The notes: generated from the letters alone by a model not told the origin. 64,000 nucleotides of DNA from Candidatus Bathyarchaeia archaeon (GCA_035530195.1 DATKVG010000128.1:597-64596), one strand, 5' to 3'. Positions 17,930-27,284 are shown, numbered from the stretch's first letter. A program made the numbers and translations.

Positions 17930-18021
17930 GGCGGCTGAGAAGCCGCATTCAGAATCGTTGTTCGCGACCTTAAGCCAACATCTACGCGTCGCGCGCAGAT
18001 GTCGCGAACAGAGATTCTAAA
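17930..18021. repeat. Family-G structured ~90-bp element, copy 1
   Basis: ggcggctgagaagccgc hairpin plus internal inverted repeat cagaatcgttgttcgcgac...gtcgcgaacagagattctaa. A near-identical inverted copy lies at 46646-46737. Confidence 0.6.
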
Positions 18022-18076
18022 CGGGGGGGTTTTCCATTCGCGGTCAGGTCGTTTAGGCCTGGCGAGTCGCGCGGGT

Positions 18077-20788
18077 TTACTGTTTTCCCAGCGCCATGAT
18101 GGCTCGGGCGATTTCGTCGCGTTTTTTGACCAGTTGTTCGGGCTCGCGCGGGAACGACACCAGGTCGGGAACCAATCTTTTGATGTTCAACGCCTCTGAC
18201 GCCCGGCTCAGCGCCGGGTGTTGGGAGTTTTTCTTCTGGACCTGCCGGAACCGGTCCATCAGGATCGTCAGGTAGTCGTAATCGTCGATGCCGTCGCGGA
18301 TGTTTTCCCACCGGATCGAGTCGATAGGCCCTTCAGGGCCCGGATAGACGAGCAGGCCGTCGCCATTGACGGGCGTGACGTCGACGAGCGAGGCGTAAGG
18401 GTCTTCGGCGGGGTCGGTGTAGTTGACGGCCCAATAGTGCACACCCTGCACGCCGAGCGCCCAGGCCTGCCAGAACAGCATGCGGTGCTCGACGGAGGAA
18501 AAATCGACGAGGAAATTGCAGTACGGCCGTGGCGTCTGGTGGTTGACATAGAGCCAAGCGGGCTTGCCCTGGGCAATGTGGTCGAGCACGGACTTGTTGT
18601 TGAGCGTATCCATGAGGGGCAAATGGACAGCCCATATCTTGGCGCTTTCCGTGAAAAACGGCTGAAAGCCTTCGTTGGCGATCATCATGGGGATGTTGGG
18701 CGCGATTTCGGCCCAGTTTTTCATTGTCTCGACGAGGTTAGGCCAAGTGGGCGGCGGCGGCTCGTCGGCGATGTGGCAGAACACCACGTCTTGGAGGTCA
18801 TTGGCTTTGACAAACTTGTTGGCCTGTTTGAGTGCCGCGGGATCGTTCAGGAGCGACGCGGGCGCGGAGACGGAGGTAGCGCCTTTGGCCAGCAGGCTGA
18901 TGAGTTTGGGTTTGTATTGGGCCAGTCTGGCTTCATAATTGGCGCCGGGCTCGGGCAGTTGCGCAGACTCGCGCAAGGTGACGCGGTGCTCGATCGCGTT
19001 GAGTGCGTAGGCGTCGGCGAGACTGTCGGGCGCGGCCGGGGGGTGTCCCAACAGGAAGTCCGTTTTAAGTGCGGGGGCCGGCGGCAGTTCAAAATCGTAT
19101 ACGGTCAATTCGACGTTCAACTCGACCGGGTCGGCGTCCTGCGCCGTCATGACGATCTGGCCCGTGTAGAGGCCGGGTGCGATGTCCGGCGGGGCGTACA
19201 CCGTAAACCACACCGGGTAACAGCGGGCGGGCGCCGCGTCGAACGGTTTGAATGGCGGCAGTGCATCGGGCCACTCGCCGGTCGGGCCTTCGAAGTATGA
19301 CGGCACGCGGATCTGCTGGAACAGGACGTTGAACATCGAGACGTTTTCCGGGGGGATGGCGGCATTGGCGGCGATGTTCTTCAGCGGGCCCTTTTTGAAC
19401 TTTATATCGCGCAACGGCTCGAGTTCCGGCCTCACGACGATCTGAAACGACTCGCGTTCATTACGCGCGAGGGCCACGTGGATTGTGTTGTCGAGCTGCG
19501 GGGCCGGCTCGACCTTGTCGTCGGGGTGGATTTTCTCGAGCGACGACTCGACCCAGACGGCGGCGGGTTTTCGCGCGGCGACAGACCGCTTGAGCGTTCG
19601 CTGGCCGCGGTCCAGGACGTGTGGCGCGTCGGTCCATGCGTACATGGCGATGGGCTGTGCGGGCTTGCCGACGACGAACTGGGCATCGATTCCACCGTGT
19701 GGTGTGGCCATGTCGCCACTGAGTGCAAACAGCCCGCCGCCCGGGTGGCGCAACTCGGCGAGGAAATCGAAGGGGCTGTCGCCGGGCGCGGTCCAGTCGA
19801 ACGTGCAGCGGACGAGGTGGTTGGGATCGATCGAGAACTTTTTGGGATTGAGTCTCCATCGCCGGCCGTTGGGTGCGACGACGCTGGCGTGGATTTCGAG
19901 GTCCTTGAGTTCTTTCACGGCCGACACGAGGACTTCGATCCTGCCGGGCTTGTATTCTACTTGGGCGGCCAACTCGGAGGCGGCGAAATCGACGTGGCGC
20001 AGGCCGCGCACGACGTTGAGCCGGTACGCGGTCTCCCACACGCCGCCGGGATTGAGCAGGCGCGGAACGAACGCCGTGTGGAATCCGGCGCTGGGCGCCT
20101 GTTCGTCCCACAGCGTGAGAAACGAATGCGTTTCTTCGGCATTGAACACGCCGTAGATGGTGACCTGCGCGATGGGATCGGTCGAGGCAATCCAGTTGCG
20201 CGACGCGGGATAGTAGCCGGCCCTGCGGATATTGCGCACGCCCGAGAGGGTGGGGACGTCGATGCGGTCTTCCGGGTTGAACTTCCCGCCGGGGAGGACG
20301 TCGTTGCGCACCCACGGGACCACCCATTGTTTTTCGTTGCCCTTGTTCTCGACGCGCCAGCGCACGCGGATGGAAGCCTCGTCGGGCATCGGCTCGATGG
20401 TGCGGACGACGTGGAATTTTTTGATGTTCGCGCCTTCGCAGTCGTAGGTGTAACGCAGGACGGGGCGGTCGGGGACGGACTCGTCGATTTCGAGCGTCTC
20501 GTTTGACCGCACCTGCGGGACGTACGGGTTGCCGACGCCGAACCCTTCGAGAAGGAGGCCGTACTCGCCGGCGTAGTCGCCGACGGTGGCGACGTGGCCG
20601 AGTTGGGTGATGACGGCGCCGTCGTTGGGTGCGACGACGAGCTTGAGGTATTGGCCCGTGATGGAAGCGTCTTCGGTGATGACGGCCGCGCCGGCGGTGA
20701 AAGAAAAAATCAAACAAAAAGCGAGTATCATGGCCCTTTGCCTGCTTTTGAGTAACATGGCGGGATCATGGCATTCTGGCGCGGGCAT
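18077..20788 (-). CDS. DUF4091-type glycoside-hydrolase-like exported protein (903 aa)
   Basis: The C-terminal GDGLLVYPGPEGPIDSIRWENIRDGIDDYDYLTIL matches the DUF4091 signature as I remember it. There is an N-terminal signal-like segment. The start is uncertain; 20758 is the alternative. Confidence 0.7.
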   Translation of the reverse strand: MPAPECHDPAMLLKSRQRAMILAFCLIFSFTAGAAVITEDASITGQYLKLVVAPNDGAVITQLGHVATVGDYAGEYGLLLEGFGVGNPYVPQVRSNETLEIDESVPDRPVLRYTYDCEGANIKKFHVVRTIEPMPDEASIRVRWRVENKGNEKQWVVPWVRNDVLPGGKFNPEDRIDVPTLSGVRNIRRAGYYPASRNWIASTDPIAQVTIYGVFNAEETHSFLTLWDEQAPSAGFHTAFVPRLLNPGGVWETAYRLNVVRGLRHVDFAASELAAQVEYKPGRIEVLVSAVKELKDLEIHASVVAPNGRRWRLNPKKFSIDPNHLVRCTFDWTAPGDSPFDFLAELRHPGGGLFALSGDMATPHGGIDAQFVVGKPAQPIAMYAWTDAPHVLDRGQRTLKRSVAARKPAAVWVESSLEKIHPDDKVEPAPQLDNTIHVALARNERESFQIVVRPELEPLRDIKFKKGPLKNIAANAAIPPENVSMFNVLFQQIRVPSYFEGPTGEWPDALPPFKPFDAAPARCYPVWFTVYAPPDIAPGLYTGQIVMTAQDADPVELNVELTVYDFELPPAPALKTDFLLGHPPAAPDSLADAYALNAIEHRVTLRESAQLPEPGANYEARLAQYKPKLISLLAKGATSVSAPASLLNDPAALKQANKFVKANDLQDVVFCHIADEPPPPTWPNLVETMKNWAEIAPNIPMMIANEGFQPFFTESAKIWAVHLPLMDTLNNKSVLDHIAQGKPAWLYVNHQTPRPYCNFLVDFSSVEHRMLFWQAWALGVQGVHYWAVNYTDPAEDPYASLVDVTPVNGDGLLVYPGPEGPIDSIRWENIRDGIDDYDYLTILMDRFRQVQKKNSQHPALSRASEALNIKRLVPDLVSFPREPEQLVKKRDEIARAIMALGKQ

Positions 20789-20810
20789 GTCAATGAGAAT
20801 GGGCCAATAA

Positions 20811-20840
20811 AATCGGACGGATCGGTCGAATCGGACGAAT
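20811..20840. repeat. 9-bp periodic mini-array (aatcggacg gatcggtcg aatcggacg)
   Basis: Read directly. It abuts the ATG at 20841 in the short divergent intergenic region. Confidence 0.55.
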
Positions 20841-21632
20841 ATGGCGTTTACAAAATTGAGTCAGAAGCTTGAGGAACTGTACGGGCGTTACAACCGGCCG
20901 GAGTATATCTCGCCGGACCCGTTGGAGTTTGTGGTGGGGTGGCGGGACGGGCGGGATTGCGAGGTTGTGGGGCTGGTTGCGGCTTGTTTGGCGTTTGGTT
21001 CGGTGGCGCAGATCAACCGGTCGGTAGCGTCGGTGCTCGAGGTGTTGGCGGAACCGCGGCGGTGTGTGATCGAGATGCCGCGGCGTGAGTTGGCGCGGGC
21101 TTTTGAAGGGTTCCGGCATAGGTACGTGGACGGGCGGAATTTGATCGATCTCCTGCTGGGGGTTCGCCATGTGTTGGAACGCTACGGCACGCTGGAGGCA
21201 TGTTTCGTCGACGGATTTCGCAGGGAAGATGAGACGGTGCTGCCGGCGCTGAACCGGTTTGTGGCGCGGCTGCGCGAAGGTTTCGACGGGAGGAGGAATT
21301 ACCTGCTGGCGTCGCCGTGCGACGGGAGCGCGTGCAAGCGGATGCATTTGTATTTGCGGTGGATGGTGCGGCGGGACGCGGTTGATCCGGGGCCGTGGCG
21401 GGGCGTGCCTGCGGCGAAGCTTGTTGTGCCGCTGGACACGCACATGCATCGCGTGGCGTTGCGGCTTGGGCTGACGCGGCGCAAACAGGCCAACGGCGCG
21501 ACGGCGGCCGAGATCACGCGGGCGTTTAGGAGGATCGTGCCGGAGGATCCGGTGAAGTACGATTTTGCACTGACGCGGCCGGGAATCAGGAAAGAGCTGG
21601 TGGACGATCCGTTCTGGGGATCAATCTGGTGA
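20841..21632 (+). CDS. TIGR02757/DUF2400 family protein (HhH-GPD-like)
   Basis: ISPDPLEF..., ACKRMHLYLRWMVRRD and VPLDTHMHRVALRLGL are characteristic of this family, from memory. Confidence 0.75.
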   Translation: MAFTKLSQKLEELYGRYNRPEYISPDPLEFVVGWRDGRDCEVVGLVAACLAFGSVAQINRSVASVLEVLAEPRRCVIEMPRRELARAFEGFRHRYVDGRNLIDLLLGVRHVLERYGTLEACFVDGFRREDETVLPALNRFVARLREGFDGRRNYLLASPCDGSACKRMHLYLRWMVRRDAVDPGPWRGVPAAKLVVPLDTHMHRVALRLGLTRRKQANGATAAEITRAFRRIVPEDPVKYDFALTRPGIRKELVDDPFWGSIW

Positions 21633-21689
21633 GTTCGGAGGAGCACGGCGCGACCAAGGCCGCAACCAAATAAGGCGGGGAGACTGGAC

Positions 21690-21796
21690 GCGGTGGGGTC
21701 GCGCTCCCGCGCGACCGGGCGGCGGCGGAGGCGGTGCTTTCGAAGCTCAGGTTGGGCTGTTGGAGCCACGGTCGAGCAGGAGCTCGACCCCACCGC
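21690..21796. repeat. Family-A MITE/REP-like element, copy 2
   Basis: It has the same termini as copy 1 with a different central spacer. It lies between convergent genes. Confidence 0.7.
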
Positions 21797-21829
21797 GTTG
21801 CATCCCCAGGCTCGCGTGCGCTTATGCGT

Positions 21830-22879
21830 TCAAGTCAAGATATCCCGGAGCGCCGCAAGGAGGGCGTCGATCTCGCTGTCTGTGCCAACCGTGATGCGCA
21901 GTGCGTTTTCGAGCCGCCACGCGTTGAAATACCGGACCACGATCGCCCGATCGCGCAACAACTCGAAGATCTTTCGCGCGCTGGGCGTCCCGTTCCGCTG
22001 GGCGAACACGAAATTGGACTGGGACGGCGGCACGGCGAATCCAAATCGGATCAGCTCGTCGGACAGGCGTGCGCGGGTTGCCCGCACCCTGGTGACGTTG
22101 GCCTCCATCCATGCTTTATCACCGAGTGCGGCCACCCCGGCCGCCTGGCTTGCGGCGCTCATGTTGTACGAGTCTTTCACCTTCATCAGTTCGGCGACGA
22201 GGTCGGGCTGCGCAAACCCAAAACCAACCCGCATGCCCGCCAGGCTGAACGATTTGGACATCGTTCTTGTCACGATAGCGTTGTCGAACTTTTTGGCGAA
22301 CTCGATGCAGTTGTCATCGGCGAAATCGACATAGGCTTCGTCGATAACGACCAGCCCGTCGAACACGCGGCAAAACCGGTCCACGTCCTGCACGGGCACC
22401 GCAACGCCGCTGGGCGAGTTTGGCCGCGGCAGAAAACACAGGCGCGCGGCCGTCTCGAAGAACTGTTCGGTGAGCAGGAAATCGTCGTCCAGGTCGATCA
22501 GGAGCGGCCGGGCCCCGTGCAGCAGCGCGAGCGTCTCGTAGAGGGTGTACGTCGGGTAGCACGAGAGAATCCGGTCGTTGGGGTCGGTGAACGCCCGAAC
22601 GGCCATCGCGAGCAGTTCGTCCATCCCGTTGGTGACGACCACCCACTCCGGGCCCGGATAGCCGTATTGGGCCGCCAAGGCCGAGCGCAACTCGAGGCTG
22701 ACGGGATCGGGATACCTGCGGACGGCGTTTTCATCCAGCCCCCGCAGGGTCTCGACGACTTTCGGCGACGGCGGGTACGGGTTTTCGTTTGTATTCAGCT
22801 TGACGATGTTGGGGAACGTTGGCTGTTCACCCGGCACATAGCCTTCGACGTTCTGGAGGATTTTCCGCTGCCGCATCAT
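21830..22879 (-). CDS. hisC: Histidinol-phosphate aminotransferase
   Basis: LNTNENPYPPSP and MSKSFSLAGMRVGF (PLP lysine motif). ATGA overlap with hisD. Confidence 0.9.
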   Translation of the reverse strand: MMRQRKILQNVEGYVPGEQPTFPNIVKLNTNENPYPPSPKVVETLRGLDENAVRRYPDPVSLELRSALAAQYGYPGPEWVVVTNGMDELLAMAVRAFTDPNDRILSCYPTYTLYETLALLHGARPLLIDLDDDFLLTEQFFETAARLCFLPRPNSPSGVAVPVQDVDRFCRVFDGLVVIDEAYVDFADDNCIEFAKKFDNAIVTRTMSKSFSLAGMRVGFGFAQPDLVAELMKVKDSYNMSAASQAAGVAALGDKAWMEANVTRVRATRARLSDELIRFGFAVPPSQSNFVFAQRNGTPSARKIFELLRDRAIVVRYFNAWRLENALRITVGTDSEIDALLAALRDILT

Positions 22880-24201
22880 AACCGCACCTCGACGGCGGCG
22901 GCGTGGGCCTCGAGTCCTTCGGCCCGCGCCAGCATGCAGATGTCTTCGGCATCCTTGCGCAGGCGTTCCTGCGAATAGCCGATAACGCTGGTCACTTTCC
23001 GAAAATCTTCGGCCGTCAGGGGCGACAAAAACCGCGCCCGCCGGCCCGTCGGCAAAATGTGATTCGGCCCGGCGTAATAATCGCCCACGGCGACAGGCGT
23101 CGACGCGCCGAGCATTACGGCCCCGGCGTTTCGGACCTTGTCGAACACTTTTCGGGGGAACTCGGTCTGGATCGACAAATGCTCGGGCGCAATCAGGTCG
23201 CTCAACCGGACCGCTTCCTCGATGTCGCGCACTACGATCACGAGGCCGCGCGACGACAGCGCCTGCTCGATAATGGCCTTCCGCGGCTGGGCCGCCGTTT
23301 GTGCGGCAAGCTGTTGGACGACCTCGTCCGCCAGGTTTTTGGACGGCGTCAGGAGGATCGACGTGACTTCTTCGTCGTGCTCGGCCTGAGCGATCATTTC
23401 CGCCGCCACACAGGCCGGGTTGGCCCGTTCGTCGGCGATTACGACGACCTCGGATGGCCCGGCCTCGCTGTCGATGTCGACCACGCTTTTCACGAGCCGT
23501 TTGGCGAGCGCCACATAGATGTTTCCCGGGCCCGTAATTTTCAGCACCTGGGGGACGTGCGGGGTGCCGTACGCGAGCGCCGCGACCGCTTGGGCGCCGC
23601 CGATTCGGAACACGCGCGTTGCCCCGGCCACCCGCGCCGCCGCCAGCACCACGGGCTGTATTCCGCCCTCGAACGACGGGGGGGACACCATGACGATTTC
23701 TTTGACACCCGCGACCGACGCCGGTGTTATGTTCATGAGAACGCTCGATGCGTAGAACGCCTTCCCGCCGGGAACATAGACGCCGGCCCGCTCGAGCGGT
23801 GTCAGCCGCTGGCCTAACACGGTGCCGTCGTCGTCGGATTCTTCCCAGGATTGGCGCAGGTGCTTGGCGTGGAACGCTTTGATATTGGCGTGGGCGCGGG
23901 TGAGCACGGCGATCAGTGCGGGGTCGACCTTAGCGACCTCGAGGTCGATTTCTTCGGGGGAGAGTTCAAACTGTTCCGGGCGCAGCGTGACGCCGTCGAA
24001 CCGCTGGGTGTACTCGGCTACGGCCTCGTCGCCACGCGTCTTTACGGCCTCGACAATCTCGGCCACGGCCCGCAGTTTCTGCTCTTCGTCGGCCTGAGCT
24101 TCGGCGCCGGATCGAGTCAGCCGATCGGCAATTCGGGCCGCGGAGTCCTCATCGGTTATTTCCAGTAATGTAACCATCGCTCCTTCCCCTTCGACGTACA
24201 T
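22876..24201 (-). CDS. hisD: Histidinol dehydrogenase
   Basis: Full-length match to the HisD pattern (GGAQAVAALAYGT, QAEHD, GDYYAGPNHILPT). An alternative start is at 24177 (MVTLLE). Confidence 0.9.
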   Translation of the reverse strand: MYVEGEGAMVTLLEITDEDSAARIADRLTRSGAEAQADEEQKLRAVAEIVEAVKTRGDEAVAEYTQRFDGVTLRPEQFELSPEEIDLEVAKVDPALIAVLTRAHANIKAFHAKHLRQSWEESDDDGTVLGQRLTPLERAGVYVPGGKAFYASSVLMNITPASVAGVKEIVMVSPPSFEGGIQPVVLAAARVAGATRVFRIGGAQAVAALAYGTPHVPQVLKITGPGNIYVALAKRLVKSVVDIDSEAGPSEVVVIADERANPACVAAEMIAQAEHDEEVTSILLTPSKNLADEVVQQLAAQTAAQPRKAIIEQALSSRGLVIVVRDIEEAVRLSDLIAPEHLSIQTEFPRKVFDKVRNAGAVMLGASTPVAVGDYYAGPNHILPTGRRARFLSPLTAEDFRKVTSVIGYSQERLRKDAEDICMLARAEGLEAHAAAVEVRL

Positions 24202-24213
24202 TCAAACAGCCAT

Positions 24214-24316
24214 CGGTGGGGTCGCGCTCCCGCGCGACCGTAGGGCGGTGGTGGTGGCGCATTGTTACCTGGGTCAGCAACGCACCCGCGGTCGAGCAAA
24301 AGCTCGACCCCACCGC
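24214..24316. repeat. Family-A MITE/REP-like element, copy 3
   Basis: cggtggggtcgcgctcccgcgcgacc ... ggtcgagcaaaagctcgaccccaccgc, between the hisD start and the murA stop. Confidence 0.7.
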
Positions 24317-24375
24317 ACGTTTTAACTCGCCTCTACCGAACATCCTCGCTTAATCAAAGGTCAAAACTCAACGTG

Positions 24376-25629
24376 TCACTCCCGTATGCGCTCGATATCC
24401 GCCCCGAGTCCTGCCAATCGCTCTTCGATCCGCTCATAGCCGCGGTCGATGTGATATACGCGCGAGATGGCGGTCTCGCCTTTTGCGGCAATGAGGCCGG
24501 CGATGATGAGGGCGGCACTTGCCCGGAGATCGCTGGCCATGACGGGCGCGCCGCTCAACGCCGGCACGCCACGGACCACGGCGCTGTTCCCATCCAGATC
24601 TATATCCGCGCCCATGCGCATTAATTCGGCCACCTGCATGAACCGGTTCTCGAACACGTTCTCTTTTATCACGCTGGTGCCTTCGGCGGCGCAGAGGACG
24701 GCCATGATCTGGGCCTGGAGATCCGTGGCAAACCCCGGGAACGGCTGGGTCGCCACGTCGACGGCCTTGATTCGGTCGCGGCACCTGGCCCGGATGCGTG
24801 CGCCGTGGACTTCGATCTCGGCGCCGGCGTCGCGCAGCTTGTTGAGAAAACTGGGCAGGTGGTCGGGGTTTGCGTTTGCGACGGTGACGTCGCCGCGGGT
24901 GCCGATGCCCGCCAAAAGGAATGTGCCGGCTTCAATGCGGTCGGGAATGACCTCGTGCTCGGCGCCCCCCAGCGAGTCGACGCCGACGATCGTGATGAGG
25001 TCGGTGCCGGCGCCGGAAATCTGCGCCCCCATCGACACCAGCAGCCGTGCCAGGTCGGTGATTTCGGGTTCGCGGGCCACGTTGCTCAGCCTTGTGACGC
25101 CTTTTGCCCGAACAGCGGCCATCATGAGGTTTTCGGTGGCGCCGACGCTGGGGAAATCGAGGGCGAAATCGGCGCCGCGCAATTGGCCGGATGCGTTGAC
25201 GTAGCCGTCTTCAATGGCGATCTGAGCGCCAAGCGCCTCGATGCCTTTGAGGTGGATGTCCACGGGCCGTGTGCCGATGGCGCAGCCGCCCGGCAACGAC
25301 ACCCGGGCTTTTGCGTAGCGGCCGATCAGGGGGCCGAGTACAAAGAAGGATGCCCGCATTTTTCGGACAAGGTCATATGATGCTGTTTGGGAGTCGATGG
25401 TTGCGGCGTCGAGCGTCATAGACCGGCCGGTGAACTCGGTGGTCATTCCCATTTCGTCGAGGAGCTTTTCCATGCTGAACACGTCGTGGAGGCATGGCAC
25501 GTTATGCAGGATGATGGGTTTCTCGCCGAGGATGGCCGCGGCCATCAGGGGCAGCGTCGCATTCTTCGCCCCCCGCACATGGACCGTCCCGTTAAGCGGC
25601 TTGCCGCCCCGGATGAGTATTCTGTCCAC
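24376..25629 (-). CDS. murA: UDP-N-acetylglucosamine 1-carboxyvinyltransferase
   Basis: MDRILIRGGKPLNGTVHVRGAKNATLP...LPGGCAIGTRPVD, the canonical MurA sequence. Confidence 0.95.
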   Translation of the reverse strand: MDRILIRGGKPLNGTVHVRGAKNATLPLMAAAILGEKPIILHNVPCLHDVFSMEKLLDEMGMTTEFTGRSMTLDAATIDSQTASYDLVRKMRASFFVLGPLIGRYAKARVSLPGGCAIGTRPVDIHLKGIEALGAQIAIEDGYVNASGQLRGADFALDFPSVGATENLMMAAVRAKGVTRLSNVAREPEITDLARLLVSMGAQISGAGTDLITIVGVDSLGGAEHEVIPDRIEAGTFLLAGIGTRGDVTVANANPDHLPSFLNKLRDAGAEIEVHGARIRARCRDRIKAVDVATQPFPGFATDLQAQIMAVLCAAEGTSVIKENVFENRFMQVAELMRMGADIDLDGNSAVVRGVPALSGAPVMASDLRASAALIIAGLIAAKGETAISRVYHIDRGYERIEERLAGLGADIERIRE

Positions 25630-25735
25630 GCTTCCTCACTCCCTGTGCGCTCGAGCGCGCCGTCGCCGCCAACGAAAATGGCCCAAACCGATGCGCGCCC
25701 GGGCGCGCCACGTTGGGCCATTGCAGATTTCGGGC

Positions 25736-26329
25736 CTATTGTGCGCCCGGCGTAGCGGGCGGCGCCGGCGTAGCGGGCGGCGCCGGCGGCACCGGCACGG
25801 CCGGAGGCGTACCTTGCTCGGGTGAAGCCTCGACGGGCTTTGGCGCTTCGACGGACGGCGGGATAGCGGCGCCGGCCTCTCCAGTGGGCGCCTCGACAAC
25901 GGCCTCGGGTGCGGCGACCGGTGCTTCGGCGACCGGTGCTTCGGCGGCCGGTGCTTCGGCGGCCGGTGCTGGTTCGCCCTCGCCGCCTTCGACCGCGGCG
26001 CCGAGGTCCTCGAGCGCAGAATAATCTTCAACGGTCTCGCTGACGGTCTCCGGTGCGACTCCGGCTCCGATGCGGCCGGCAATAAGCGACATCACCAGGG
26101 CCAGCGTCATGAACAGGCCCGCCATGACGTACGTCAGCCGTTGCGGGAGGCTCTTGCTGGCGCGCGGCCCGAACACGGTGTCGCTGCCGCCGCCCATGCC
26201 GAACGCGCCGGCGAATCCCACGCCTTTGCCCTTCTGCAACAGCACCACCACGATCAGGCCCAGGCAGGCGGGGACGTACAGCACCAGGATGAGGTACCAG
26301 ATTGTTTGCCAACTGATAATCGATTGCAT
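25736..26329 (-). CDS. secG: Preprotein translocase subunit SecG with a long Ala/Pro/Glu-rich C-terminal extension
   Basis: LLQKGKGVGFAGAFGMGGGSDTVFGPR followed by a second TM is canonical SecG, and it sits directly downstream of tpiA. The last ~100 aa are low-complexity, encoded by in-frame tandem repeats (15 bp x4 at 25916-25975 and 18 bp x2 at 25747-25782). Confidence 0.8.
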   Translation of the reverse strand: MQSIISWQTIWYLILVLYVPACLGLIVVVLLQKGKGVGFAGAFGMGGGSDTVFGPRASKSLPQRLTYVMAGLFMTLALVMSLIAGRIGAGVAPETVSETVEDYSALEDLGAAVEGGEGEPAPAAEAPAAEAPVAEAPVAAPEAVVEAPTGEAGAAIPPSVEAPKPVEASPEQGTPPAVPVPPAPPATPAPPATPGAQ

Positions 26330-26350
26330 ACCTGACTTATTCCTTTAAGC

Positions 26351-27115
26351 TTAATCCCTTAAGGCCGAATTCTTGACGATATCGGCGAAACTCGGGGCTT
26401 TGAGCGAAGCCCCGCCCACGAGCGCGCCGTCCACGTCGGGTTTTGCCATCAACTCGGCGGCGTTGTCGGCTTTGACGCTGCCGCCATATTGTATCCTCAC
26501 TCGGGCGGCGATGGTTTCGCCGAACTGCTTGCTGACCAGGCCGCGGATGAACGCGTGTGCGTCCTGTGCCTGCTGCGGCGTGGCGGTCACGCCCGTGCCA
26601 ATCGCCCACACCGGCTCATACGCTATCGCGGTGCGGGTAAAGTCGGATTCCGAAAGCCCGGCCAAGCCGTCGAGCACCTGGCGCGTGAGAACTTGATCCA
26701 TTTTACCATTTTCCCGCTCATCGAGCGTCTCGCCGACGCAAAACATGACTTTCAGGCCGGAAGCCAATGCGAACCTGAGCTTCTGGTTGAGGAACTGGTC
26801 GGATTCGTTGAAATACTGGCGCCGTTCGCTGTGGCCGATGATGGTCCATGCGCAGCCGGCATCGAGCAGCATCTGCGGGGAGATTTCGCCGGTGAACGCG
26901 CCGCTTTCTTTGACGTAGCAGTTCTGCCCGCCCATGGCGATGTTCGAGCCTGCCAGCGCCTGGCCAACGGCGTGCAGGGCCGTAAAGACCGGGCACACCA
27001 CGATTTCGACCCCTTTGACGCCTGCCACCAGCGGTTTTAACTCATTCACGAGCTTCACGGCGTCGGCGATCAGCAGATTCATTTTCCAATTACCGGCAAT
27101 CAACGGTATTCTCAC
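26351..27115 (-). CDS. tpiA: Triosephosphate isomerase
   Basis: RIPLIAGNWKMN, IIGHSERR and YEPVWAIGTG. The GTG start at 27115 gives a normal length. ORF track 26351..27316 extends upstream through repeat DNA. Confidence 0.9.
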   Translation of the reverse strand: MRIPLIAGNWKMNLLIADAVKLVNELKPLVAGVKGVEIVVCPVFTALHAVGQALAGSNIAMGGQNCYVKESGAFTGEISPQMLLDAGCAWTIIGHSERRQYFNESDQFLNQKLRFALASGLKVMFCVGETLDERENGKMDQVLTRQVLDGLAGLSESDFTRTAIAYEPVWAIGTGVTATPQQAQDAHAFIRGLVSKQFGETIAARVRIQYGGSVKADNAAELMAKPDVDGALVGGASLKAPSFADIVKNSALRD

Positions 27116-27245
27116 GACAAATTCCTTCCACGGATGCGCAACAGAGGCGGAAAAAAAAGACCTGGATTTCGGGCAGCATGGTAGCACACCCGTGAAACGC
27201 AACGCAAACGCGGACGGGGGACGGGGTATGAAGTTTGGGGTGGGT

Positions 27246-27272
27246 TGGATCGGACGGATCGGACGGATAGGG
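27246..27272. repeat. 9-bp periodic mini-array (ggatcggac ggatcggac ggataggga)
   Basis: Read directly, upstream of tpiA. Confidence 0.55.
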
Positions 27273-27284
27273 ATTAGTGCCGGG

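Noticed and set aside
25636-26082. Alternative-frame ORFs (25636..26082 -, 25713..26024 +) over the secG tail.
   Set aside because: They are repeat-driven open frames. Only the 25736..26329 frame is continuous with the canonical SecG N-terminal domain.
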